Assembly: GCA_965153285.1 (NCBI GenBank)
Contig: OZ229116.1
Length of the DNA stretch: 64,000 nucleotides
DNA from: Podarcis tiliguerta
Lineage: Eukaryota
Strand: one strand, 5' to 3'
Shown: one piece after another, positions 48,352 through 60,235 of the stretch
How the letters are laid out: every line of letters begins with the position of its first letter
Numbering within the stretch: the stretch's first letter is position 1
Translations under genes and position numbers: made by a program
Notes under the pieces: model-generated
The model's input: only the letters and a program-made list of their open reading frames with translations
Databases searched by the model: none
Told to the model about the DNA's origin: nothing

Positions 48352-49690
48352 ACATCTTTGTAACACAGCTGGTCTGCCAACAAGCCTGGTGCCTGAAGCC
48401 AGCTCCCCATAGAGCACATCCATTGGGATCCTGCCATCTTTCATTCTGCGGAGGTGACCAAGCCAGTGTAGACGTTGCTGAGAAAGGAGTGACACACCTA
48501 TTTAACCATATGGTTAACAGAATTAACGTACCTATTTAACCACAACGCAACCCAAGACTGGGTGAACAAGTGAGTCTTTAGTTTGTGCTGAAAGCCTGGC
48601 ACCAAGCGCAACTGAGTTGTGAGTTATGTTGATCATTAAATGATGATTGTCATGGGAGGATTACACAATGAACAGCGGGCTACAAGTTGAAGGAAATAAA
48701 TAAATAAACCAAAATAAAGAAATGAAATGAGTAGGACACCCTTCCAAGCTCATATATTTAAGAGCTTCCAAGAATGGGATCCAAAAGCAGAAACAATAAT
48801 TATAGGCAACAGGCAATTAATTGTTAAAAATTGCCTAATAGCCCTTTTAACAAAGGGAAGAAGTACTTGATGAATCATATTTCCGTGTACCATCAGTCTG
48901 GGAAGCGTACATATTTAAGTCTAACCTCACCACACCTTTCTTTTATCTTTCATCTTTTAAAAACAGGTTAGTCTTCTTACAGGGCAGAATGTCATGACTC
49001 CGTTAGAAGAGGAGACTTATTTATTTCCTTTTGTGTACGTAACCACATAAATTTGCTTTTGCATACACATCTGCATAATTGCCTCAAATTGTAACAGAAA
49101 GTAATTTGCATGACTGCCCACAAATCCTGACAATTTGCATGGTATTAAGTTGCCAGCTTTCGAACGGCCTTCTGTAGTTGTCCATTTATTAGCCGTTTGA
49201 TCTACAGCAATGAGGACGGCCTCCACTAGCATGGTGTCGGCCAGATGTTTTGTACTATAATTCCCATCAGCCCCTGCTGATACAAGGCTGTAGCCTTGTA
49301 AACATAATCTTCTGCAAATCCTTGGCCATATGCTAGTGCCCTATTAGCCTGTTGGATAATCTACCCCTGGTCAAAAACAGCTTTGATCTCAAGTGTCAGT
49401 AAAATCAATCAAGAGGAGGGACTTTTACAGATGTTCTGACTATTCTGAACTTATTCACAGATGATCTGAATGAAGCTTGTGGACCAATGGATCACAGTTT
49501 GAGGACCCCCACTATACATAGTGCTATGTATCCTGCGATGAGGCTACATTTTAATATTTTAATGTTCCATTATTTTAATGTTGTATTTTACTTTTGTTTT
49601 TAAGTTGTAATCATTCATCTTGTTTTTATTATTGCTTGTAAGCCGCTCTGAGCCTGGCCTTGGCTGGGGAGGGCGGGGTATAAATAAAAA

Positions 49691-49723
<33 letters not shown>

Positions 49724-50862
49724 GGGGTTTTTTTTAGGCTGAATGTCTTCCCCCAGCCTTCTAATTCTTTGAACAGCCAGGCAAGCTTCCTGGTAAGGTT
49801 ATGGGCTGTTAAGGGAACAAAGGAAAAGGCTCTGTGTTAGATGGCAAATCCCACCCCCCCCAACCTCAACTCAAGGGTAGTTAGAAAGACAAAGCCAGAA
49901 CTGAGAGCAAAGAGTTGGAGCGATGTGAGCTAGAAGCAAAGTAGCAAGCAAGGAAGAGATATAAACAGCAATGTGTGATTTCTGTTTGAATCCAAGGCTT
50001 CAGCTATGGGGGAAGCAATGCCCTGAGAACCTCTTGATGAGGTAGCCTGTAAATATTGTAATTAAACAAATAAATATAAGTCCGCCAATGTGAATTCACC
50101 GTGTTATCTGTTGGTATCAGTGGTGGGAACCTGAAAAAACAGAGGGGAGGGGGAATGCAAGGAAGAAGGGCTGGCTGATTGGGACACTGACCCGGAGCAC
50201 TGAATAATGCAACATTTTGTGATTTACTGCTTCTCCTGAAAAGGTTATTAAGGCTTGCATTGACTTTATACATAGCAATTAAGAAGCAAAACAGTGACTA
50301 ACAAACTGTAAGCAAAACAACTCCCCGAAGGATGTTGAATTGGCTGCTGAAGTTACATAGGCCTTCATGCTCCTGCTTTCTCCGATAACCTTGGTGAAAG
50401 GTAACAGCTACAACAGCTGACGAAGATAATTCCGCTGGGTGAAGGGCCTGATAAGAGAGCTGCTGTTCCCTGAGGCTTGCCGCAAGGGAGGTTTCAGTCA
50501 GAGAATGGGGTGGGTTGAGTGAGGCAGGAGCACTGGAGGGTTCTGGGAGATTGGTGTTTTGCATATGAGGCTTAATTTGTGTGAGGGCTGCATCTAGTAT
50601 CTGGGAACTCAGCCAGGGATCCTCTTTGCAATTGTCTTGGCGCCGATGAGCGGTTGATGATGTTTGCAAGAATGCCTCTGAGCATTTTCAAAGTGCCTGT
50701 CTTTCCTCACACTGTTGAGCAGCCACAGTACCCTATGCAGAAAGTACTGCTTCCAAGTAAGCTTGAGCTTCAGCACCAAGCAGGGTTGAGCCTTTTAGAA
50801 TAGATAGGCTGGTTCCATGAATGGCCAATGCATTTTGTTGCAGCTGTGCAACTGCACCCCTT

Positions 50863-51249
50863 TTGTTGTTGTTGTTTAGTCATTTAGTCATGTCCGACTC
50901 TTCGTGACCCCATGGACCAGAGCACGAAAGGCACTCCTGTCTTCCACTGCCTCCCGCTGTTTGGTCAAACTCATGCTGGTATCTTCAAGAACACTGTCCC
51001 ACCATCTCGTCCTCTGCCGTCCCCTTCTCCTTGTGCCCTCCATCTTTCCCAACATCAGGGTCTTTTCCAGGGAGTATTCTCTTCTCATGAGCTGGCCAAA
51101 GTATTGGAGCCTCAACTTCAGGATCTGTCCTTCCAGTGAGCACTCAGGGCTGATTTCCTTAAGAATGGAGAGGTTTGATCTTCTTGCAGTCCATGGGACT
51201 CTCAAGAGTCTCCTCCAGCACCATAATTCAAAAGCATTCATTCTTCGGC
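50863..51249 (-). mobile_element. BovB LINE 3' fragment
   Basis: AFELWCWRRLLRVPWTARRSNLSILKEISPECSLEGQILKLRLQYFG; (AAC)n tail. Confidence 0.93.
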
Positions 51250-51699
51250 TGATGCATCACTGCTGGGAAAACCACCTCTTAGATACTGCCTAACCTTTAT
51301 AAAGGCCAAAGTCATTTGAGGCAACACTTACTTTCCCTGGAATCTTTGTCCCTTAACCCTAGAGGAGTGTGACCTACTTTTGAAAATCATTATTTCTTTA
51401 GGCAGGATTCCACTCTGGACATGCTCAGGTGCAATCCCCTCGTCTTCCTCCAGCATGCTGCAGAAGGCTGACCCTCAGCAGCCATAATTCATCCTAACTG
51501 ATTCTGGGATCGAGCCCTTGCTTTATAAAAAAAACAGCAGTCTGTGGAACACTCATCCAAAAAGAGGCACGAGAAAGAGAAGGAATTTGACTCCAACTCC
51601 CATCAGCCCCGGCCACTGTGGCCGAAAGCCCGGGGCTGATGGGAGCTGTAGTCCATCCACATCTTGCACGAAGGGCAGGAAGGTGGTCTGTTGAGGGTG

Positions 51700-53230
51700 A
51701 GGAGAGGCGGAGCCCCTGCCAGACCCTGTCCCTTTGATTGGTTACCAAGACCAGTTTTAGCCGCCGTATTGGTGGAGAGGGAGCGGCCGGGGTCTGTCAA
51801 GGTGCATGGCGCGGCACGCCAGTCTTGTCACTCAGACTCCACAACGTTCGTTAATCGGCGGGCGGGAGGGAGCGAGGGGGGACGACGCCTCCTCGCTCTT
51901 CCCATAGGCTGGACGGAGGTGTGGGCGGGGACGGAGAGAGAAAAAACATGGAGAGCGCCGCCTCCTCGCTCTTCCCACAGGACGGACGGAGTCGGGAGGA
52001 CGAGAAGGCGGTCCATTCAACCGAGCCGACCGGCGCCTGCGCAGAACCGCCCTGCCTCATTATCTCCTCACGCACAGACGCGCGCGCACGGTCTACTTTG
52101 CAGCGCTGCTGCGCTTCTTTGCCCCCCCCCCCGATCCCTTTTACCTCAGCGCCGCCTGACCAGTCTCTGAGGCGAGCCGTGGAAGCCCGCCCTGCTCTGG
52201 GAGGAGGAGGGAAAGATGCCCGGAGCCTCCTCGAGGCGGCGCAGGGAGCTGCCGCCGCCGCTGTGACTCGAACCCCTTCCCAAGCCAGCGAAGGGAGCGG
52301 CCGCGAGAAAGAGAGAAAGCGTCTCCCATGAGCAGCGCCTCCCCCTCGCCAGGGCAGCGCCGCCCTTCGCCTCCCCAGCGCCGGTAGCGAGAGAGAGCGG
52401 GCGGGCCCCGCTCCGAAGCGGTCGGCGAGGCATGCCGTCGACGTGGCTGAGCTGCCGCCTGGCGCTGCGCTTGGGCTCCGGGTGGCCCGGCGGCTCCTCG
52501 CCCTCCGCGCTGCTTTCCCGCCTCAGCCTCCGGGCTCCGCAGCCGAGGGGCCTCCGCTGCTGCTGCTGCCGTTGCCTCCTGCCCCTGCCGGGCCAGCGCC
52601 GCTGCCTCAGCACCTTCCGAGGAAGGACGGTGGCTCCCGCTGCCCCGGCCTCGGCGGGTTCCCCCCGGTCTCTGGGCACGCACCCGAAGAAGGAGCCCAT
52701 CGAGGCTCTCAACACGGCGCAAGGGGCGCGGGACTTCATCTACAGCCTCCACTCCACCGAGAGGAGCTGCCTGCTGAGGGAGCTGCACCGATTCGAGTCC
52801 ATCGCCATCGCGCAAGGTAAGCAAAAGGGACCGCCGGGAATAGGGCTGCTGTAAAAGGTGCTTCTTCTGCCCGACTCGGGATTCGAACCCACGACCCTGA
52901 TAGATCCCGGGGGTCTCGCGCTCCGCCGAGCGAGCTTGGCTGGGCTTTGCTTCTTTGCACGACTTTCCCGCCCGAGGCAAGCATTCGGAATGGAGAGCGA
53001 GAAGAAGAGGACCCAGGAAGAAGAAGAAGCAGCAGCGAAACTTTCCTACTTGGCGCATCGACCGAGGACCTCGTTGCCCCCGATTCTCCCCTTCCGTATC
53101 TATAGAGCGCTTACCCGGAGTTCAGCGAGGCTTAACCCCCAAGTAAAGCCTTGCCCGCCGCTTAAAGATTGCAGCCGGCGCTTGGCGTGAACTTGGGCAA
53201 CGGCCGCCGTTCTCCACCCGGCTTGGTCGT
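51700..53230 (+). promoter_or_regulatory. TMEM65 CpG island/promoter
   Basis: High GC/CpG, inverted CCAAT boxes near 51737 and 51768, GC boxes. Confidence 0.7.
52432..52816 (+). CDS. TMEM65: Transmembrane protein 65 (mitochondrial inner membrane), coding exon 1; rest beyond right edge
   Basis: ...LGTHPKKEPIEALNTAQGARDFIYSLHSTERSCLLRELHRFESIAIAQ matches TMEM65. Donor GTAAGC at 52817. Start codon is less certain than gene identity. Confidence 0.92.
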
Positions 53231-54743
53231 GCGATAATATCGCCCTGGAATGCACAAGATACAAGGATAATGCCCCCAGCACATTCAGAGTGGCTTTCCT
53301 GGGATGCTGTGTAGCCATAACCAGCCACTGTAACTGTGGGGTTAAGGGGGAGGGTGTGGCTGTCAAGCAGGTTTGAGGCCTGGGTCTGGTACTGCTTTTG
53401 TGTGGAACGGGACAGGGATTCAGATGCTTTAGAAATAAACTGTTGAGGCTCCGCCTGTGTGCTTGAAATGAATTCTGACTTGCACGGGGAAAGTGCCTGT
53501 CTTTAGTTCATGGACCCACCCATCTGACTTCAGGAGGCAGAGCTTCCAAGTTCACAAACATGTTGTTTAGGGAGCGTTGATTGAGCCTCCAGGCCTAGGC
53601 ATGGAAACACTGAAGGCATGCATTAACCTGATATAGGAAAAAAAGTATTCACCTTATGTTGGTTTCCTAGCCCATGGGTAGTTGTGTGCAGGTGTGGCTT
53701 TTAGCTTGTCATTACAAATGTTGCTTTCCCAGCATTTGGCAAGGTGTGCAGAAAGCTGAATTGCACATGTGATAACAGTTGTACAGGGGCGACTTCTTAC
53801 ATACTGGGTGATCACATGCATGATCTCTCTTGCCACATTTAGGGTTGTGCAAGTGAATTTTTGATTCTTTAATCTCTGTTACATTCCAGTGTTTTGAATC
53901 GGTTGTGTCCAATACTTTGGGTCCCATTTGTGGATTGTTGCCAAGAAGATAGTCATGGTGCATTCTTGACATTGGTGTTCCTGTGGGTATACATCATGTA
54001 CTGTAATCCAAATTCTGCTATCCCATTTTCCTGCAGTGTGTGCCTGGTGCTGTCCAGACTGAAGCAGGAACCAGAGCATGGTAACTTGGATGCCTGGGAA
54101 TACTATTATGATAAATTTAAGATGTGAATATTTTATAAATGGGGCAGTTTAAAAAAAACCTCTTATATGAAAAGAGAATCAATGAGAGCATACTCTACTG
54201 TCTACAGCAGTGGAGAAAAAAGCACAAACATTGATTTGATTGGAGGGCACATGACCAACTAAACTGTTTCATAGTTCTGAGACTGCATGTAGATGGCAGC
54301 TTGTTTCACAACACTGAAATGGAAGAACTAAAATTGGAGATATATCTGACCTAAGTGGTACTAACTAGCACTGGGATGGTTTGGAGCTAAAATTGCAGAT
54401 TTGGAGACAATACCTCTTTTGCTAGTCTTAGTTTCTCTGTGCTAATTGCTTCTAGTGACAGTCTCTGTGAGGGTTTCAGGTGACAGCTGCACTGATTCAG
54501 CACATCTTGTCAATGTAAAACTTTTCTAACTGCTTTGAATGCTGATGTATGGAGACTAAAGTATGGATATTGAACAACCCGTTGATTTTGTATATTAATA
54601 AAGGAAACAAAAGCAGTGGAATAGGAATAACAGAATATACTTGATTGAGGATCCATCTTCTTTTAGTTAAGATTTTGGAAAAACTAGAGATTTTGCTAAA
54701 AGAAGATATTGTACTTCTCAACTTCAGCCTACACCACAGTATA

Positions 54744-55345
54744 CTGTATTTTTCGCCCTATAGGACGCACTGGCCCATAGGACGCACCTAGATTTTTTTG
54801 GGGGGGGGGAATAAAGGGGAAAAAATTATTTCCCCCCCCCCCCCCACAGGCACGGGGCTGGGGTGGGGGAAGCCCAAACTTCCCCCTCCCCCAGCCCCCA
54901 GAACGGGACCCAGAGCCATGCTGAAGCTGCGTGCAGCTTTGGCATCGCTCTGGGAGCTTGTGGGGCTGGAGGAGGGGGAAGCCCTCCGCCAGCCTTCTAA
55001 CCAAGTCGGGGGACAGCGGGAAAGGCGCACTGACCCCTCTCGCTCTCCAGGCTTCAGCGAAAGCCTGCATTCGCCCCATAGGACGCACACACATTTCCCC
55101 TTCATTTTTGGAGGGGAAAAAGTGCGTCCTATAGGGCGAAAAAAACGCTATGTATTTTATTTGCTTATCTAGCATAATACCGTATTTTTCTGTCTGTAAG
55201 ATGCCCCCATGTATAAGACACCCCCTATTTTTGGGGACTCAGATTTAAGAAAATGGGGGGAGATGGCCCAGAGTATAAGATGCCCCCTAATTTTTGACAT
55301 TATTTTTTAGGGGGAAAACCTACTCTTATACACGGGAAAATACGG
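54744..55345. mobile_element. Two adjacent Tc1/mariner MITEs (54744-55148 and 55180-55345)
   Basis: TIRs C(C/T)GTATTTTTC with TA flanks. Confidence 0.75.
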
Positions 55346-56518
55346 TGTTTTATTTGTCTATATAGCATCATCAATGTATGCAGTACAGAGGTTGAGATGT
55401 TGAAGCCATGGGAAAAGCTGGATTTTCCCTTGTTTATTGTTTTATTTAAATTTCCTAGCTTTTTTCACAGGACTTCACATCTCCGCAGAGGACAGGTTCT
55501 TATCTAGGGGGCTTACAATCTATAATTCAACACTGAAAGGCAATAGAAGGTGATGGAACGAGGGTTAAACAGGATTTGTTTAGCCAAACTGAAGAGCCAC
55601 AGAATAGTAGAAGTTGAAGATGCCCTGAAATTTACTGAGCAGGTTTACATAAAAAATAAATCATGATTCACATGTAACGGTGGTGTGTTCTTTACCTTTA
55701 CTGTAGTATTGTGTTATGGTAGCATCTTATACCTCCAGCATATTGGATGGCATGTTTTCTTTGAAATCATGAATATTCCAGCATGTATTCTGTCACATTG
55801 AGCTGGTATATCAATTAGCTTGTTTTGGAACATTGCTTAATATAAAAGGCTTGTATCATAGTGTGAATAATGTCCATTCAGCTTTTTCCATAGTGAATAA
55901 GAGCAGCTGTTATGAGTTCCAAAGTGCATGCATGTGACAGCATCAGGTGGAAATGGCTTTAAAGATCATGTAAGGTTATCTTTCACATTGATTTTTCACC
56001 TATTTTTCAGTTATATAGCAGGTTCCCAGCTGATAGTCTCCTAGATGAAAGGCTGAAGTGACTGGAGAATTGCAACCTTTAAAGTAGAAAAATGAGCAAA
56101 TGCTAAATTTAAAGTTCTTCAAGTGTTATAGGTTACTAGCAACAAGCTTTCTTGGGTAAGGTTTGAGGTTACAATACACATTTAGAAACTAGCTTGCATT
56201 TGACTCTGGGCCATGACTTTGGTAAATATGCCCTTGAAAAGGACACTTGGCTGGCCCATAGTTAGGTACTCACAATCTGTTGCATTGGTATTGTTTAGCC
56301 TCCGATATATGTTTAATCTTAACCTTATATATAAAAATATAAATCAAAGCTTTAATATTGAGTCTTATAACTCTCAAATAGTTACTTCCTATATTTGTAA
56401 CTTCAGTTCTGAAACAATCAGAATTTTCCTATATTTTTCAAAATTCTAATTTCAAAATTCTTTCCTGCTTAAATCTTCCAAAAAATAAAAATAATTCTGA
56501 TTTGAGTGTTGCAATGCA

Positions 56519-56836
56519 GGCTTGCCAATCAGAAGGTCGGCGGTTTGAATCCCCACGACGGGGTGAGCTCCCATTGCTCAGTCCCTGCTCCTGCCAACCT
56601 AGCAGTTCAAAAGCACATCAAAGTGCAAGTAGATAAATAGGTACCGCTCCAGCGGGAAGGTAAATGGTGTTTCTGTGTGCTGCTCTGGTTTGCCAGAAGC
56701 GGCTTAGTCATGCTGGCCACGTGACCCGGAAGCTGTACGCCGGCTCCCTCGGCCAGTAAAGTGAGATGAGAGCCACAACCCCAGAGTCGGTCATGACTGG
56801 ACCTAACGGTCAGGGGTCCCTTTACCTTTACCTTTT
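56519..56836 (+). mobile_element. 5'-truncated Sauria SINE
   Basis: Matches the 7050-7399 body, (ACCTTT)n tail. Confidence 0.88.
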
Positions 56837-57521
56837 AACCTGCTAATTGTCTGTGTACAGTGCTTTTTCTCTTGACAGTAGCTTTTAACTTTCTCTCCCC
56901 CCCCCTCCTCTGGGGCCTTCCTCAGGCTTTTCTTGCTGGATCCTGGTTGAGAGTCCCAGTGTCGTTTTCTATTTGTCATATTCAGCATTAGTTCTGCACC
57001 TCAGAATCTCTGTTGTGTTTCATGGGGACATGCTTAGAATTCTCAGTCTTCAACTTGTTTGGGATCCATAAATGTTGGCTTGACTTACAAGTCAGCCAGT
57101 ATTTGTGGTCTCCACTAATCCCCTCTCCTGCATCCACTGGTATGGACAGTGCATATAAGAGAGAAATGGTGACATTCATGTTGGTATGTATGGAGAAGGT
57201 ACAAAATGTCAAGAGTCTTAGGAGCTTAAATTGTAGTGGAAATGAGGCCTCTGAGATAGCAGTTTTTTTGTGCCAATTAGCTTACCCACATGAGGTCTGA
57301 GGGCACACAGTCCTGAGGATGTGGCAATTCATTCAGTTGAATTAAGTGAAGCCAAAGTACTGACAGCAGTACCTGCATGAGTGTTAGAATTTCCCCAGGT
57401 GCATTTTGTGACTGGCACAGACCCTATTGCGACCACTTGGAGATCTCTGGATGCCAGGTTAGCAACTGGCATCTCCATCTGGCTGGCCCTTCCAGCTTTC
57501 TTAAGCAAGTAAGCAGAAGAG

Positions 57522-57705
57522 CTTATTTATTGCATTTATAGCCCACCTTTTTCACCAAAGGGTGTATGGTTCACCCCCCAGTAAGTTAGGTTGAGGCGTT
57601 GTGACTGGCCCAAGGACACCCAGTGAGCTTCATGACTGAGTGGGGATTCGAATCCTTATCTCCCAGGTTCTTGTCTGACACTCTAACCGCTACACACGTT
57701 GGCTT
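57522..57705 (-). mobile_element. MIR-like/L2-tailed SINE remnant
   Basis: GTGACTGGCCCAAGG.CAC and GGATTCGAA box-B pattern. Confidence 0.55.
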
Positions 57706-57985
57706 CCTAGAGTACTTCTGCTATGGGGCAGGTATATAAATTAAGTGGGAAAGCAAAATGTCAGAGAAGGATCTGAAATATTTTCCTTGAAGCTTGAATT
57801 TGTTTTATTCTGCATTGTTTTATTTGCTTTTTTAATGTGTTGTAAACCACTGAGATTTTTATTTAAAATATAAAGTGATATTGATATTATTTTGCAAAAA
57901 GGGCCACCTAGATATTCCATTGTGGCGACTGTAACCTAGGTTTAAGCTGCCATTTGGTGATTAGCTTATATTTGAGTTTCTAGTA

Positions 57986-58214
57986 CAGTCATACCTCATG
58001 TTGCGTCCGCTTCATGTTGCGTCTTTTCACGTTACATCCCATGGCAACCTGGAAGTACCGGAATGGGTTACTTCCTGGTTTCGCCGCTCACGCATGTGCA
58101 GAAGCGCCAGATCGCACTGTGCGCCTGTGCAGATGCAGCACTTTGTGTTCCAGGCATTTCACGTTACGGACGGGCCTCCGGAACGGATCCTGTCCATAAC
58201 ACGAGGTACCACTG
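57986..58214. mobile_element. Tc1/mariner MITE (family of 26733-26984)
   Basis: Same TIRs, TA TSD. Confidence 0.8.
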
Positions 58215-60235
58215 TACTGCTGCAGTCTTCTGTGACATCTTAGTAGCCCATCTAACTTCCGGGAGTGGGGGCTGGGAGATATGCATTTGCCTTCGGAGTT
58301 GTCTTTCCCTTTAAAAAGTTACTGTGACTCTCTGGTAGATGGTTCTTATGAGCTAAATGTTCTTTGCTCTTATTTAGTTCTGCATTCATATCTCTCTGAC
58401 CATATTTGCATGGTGAGATCAAAGTAGATTTTTTAATTACTGCTGGCCAGCATCTGTAAAACTATACAACTGTTTCTATACAAACATTAATTTTATCTCA
58501 AAATGACTAAAGGGTAGCGAAACAGCATTGGTTAAAAGGTCACATGAACTAAAGATTTCTAATTTAGATTAGCTCAGACGACTTAAGTAACACTTGTTCT
58601 GGCATGAAAAATTGGAACAGTTACACAGCTTTCATAAAGTTGTGCTATTTTGGGGAATGACATGATGACAATGACTCAGAACTAGATTGGATCACAGAAC
58701 TAACAAACCTGTTTTTTGTAATAGTGCATTGTCTTCTGTTTTGGCAATAGTATCTCTTTCAAGACTATGTATAATTATTTGTTATTAAAGGGTTACAGAA
58801 GTTGCCTTTTTATTGTGAGATCAGTCATGCAGGATTAACAGGAGGTGCTTAAATGCTAAATACAATGCCACTATGTACCTGTTACTATGACTTTTAATAT
58901 TTAATTTGAGAGACTATTGTTCACACTCTTTATTCAGATTCATAAAATTCAACACACTCTGCACAGAATCCACAATGATGCAAGGTGAAACATTTCCAAT
59001 GCTTTATTTTTCTATGGAAAATATTATATTTCATAAATTCATTAGAAACAATGAATGGATGTCAGATGCAAAGAAATATTAGGCTAGTGTGACAGTTTCA
59101 AAGTTTTAGCTTTGATTTTCTAAATACTAAGGATGCTAAATTAGATCACTCCCTAGGGAATCAGAAAATAGTCTGCTACAACACCCCAATTTCCAGTAAA
59201 TATTCCCATTCAAAATATTCTGGAAAACCAGTATCCCTGAACATCCCATGTATAGATCTTCAAAGTATAGAGCTACCAAGAATTTACCTCCCTTGGTAGC
59301 CAGTCATTATCTGTGATGGCCTTAGACCCCTTCCATCTCTGGTAGTTTGTTTATTTTCCTGTTGTATCAGTCATGCACAACTTGCTGTGCAAATGATTGT
59401 GAGTAGAAAGGAGGAAAGGGGCAAAGAAATGCTAACAATAGGTTTATAAATAGCAGCTGTTTTGCTCACCTGTGTTAAAAAATGACCTCTAGGTTGTCTG
59501 AAACCCAAGTATCTAATGAATAAAATTTCAAGATGCTGGCCAAGTAACTTGTAGATTTGGGCAGGAGCAGTTAACTGATGTGCATGGAAGAAAATAGACA
59601 ATTCTTCACTCAAAGGAGCAGTAAGAAGGCAAGCACATAGCTGTGGTCTTGCAAGAGTAGTTCTGCAAGTATCTGTACCAATATGAGAAGCAGTAGTTCA
59701 GCTATCGATACTTCTGTCATATTTTCTTGATTTATCCTGATTCAAATTACTTTTTTCTGGTTGCACTTGCCCAAATGTATAAATAATCTCATAAGGATTT
59801 GACAAGTCTATGTAAACCTAGCAGAGTTTATTTTTTATGTGCAAGATTGGGAAACAGGAAAACATGCCATACTACTTCAATTTCTTCAGGAATAAGGTAA
59901 ACCTATCCATTTCACACAAGTGTATGTGATAGACCTTGATGGTTTGAAATTCAAACCAACAGGTTGGTGTGCCTAATTGTTTCCTTGCTCCAAATGTTAT
60001 ACACCACAAGCTGTTCTCCCACCCCGGTGGTGTTCCGTGTGTGTGTGCAAATACTCTTATAAGTAGTATAAAGCACACAACATAATGCTGGATCAGATTA
60101 TACCACAATATAGGCATGTGTTGAATCTGCTGCGGAGCAACAAAAAAAAGAAAACCAGAATAAACTGGACAGAATGTTGTTGGTGCCCAATTAAACTGAA
60201 TGTTTCACCTTGCACCTTGGATCACACTTGGAGTA

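Larger units (their letters stand above)
47200..48482 (-). mobile_element. RTE-clade LINE 3' fragment, interrupted at 47544-48351
   Basis: Minus strand QRLHWLGHLRRMKDGRIP.DVLYGELA...YKDVCRHDVKAGNIN...WESLADDHSAWR. Confidence 0.8.

Noticed and set aside
50298-50669. 123-aa minus-strand ORF as a TRMT12 remnant or new gene
   Set aside because: No recognisable motif and no clear splice donor; not supportable without a search.
52141-53058. 305-aa and 197-aa minus-strand ORFs
   Set aside because: Antisense to TMEM65 exon 1 in a CpG island, low complexity, no recognisable domain; explained by stop-codon scarcity.
58938-58984. 47-nt AG/GT-bounded segment as TMEM65 exon 2 or a poison exon (would read GAT TCA TAA)
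   Set aside because: Does not encode the expected EKLEAPPP continuation, the donor GTGAAA is weak, and such pseudo-exons are common without RNA evidence.
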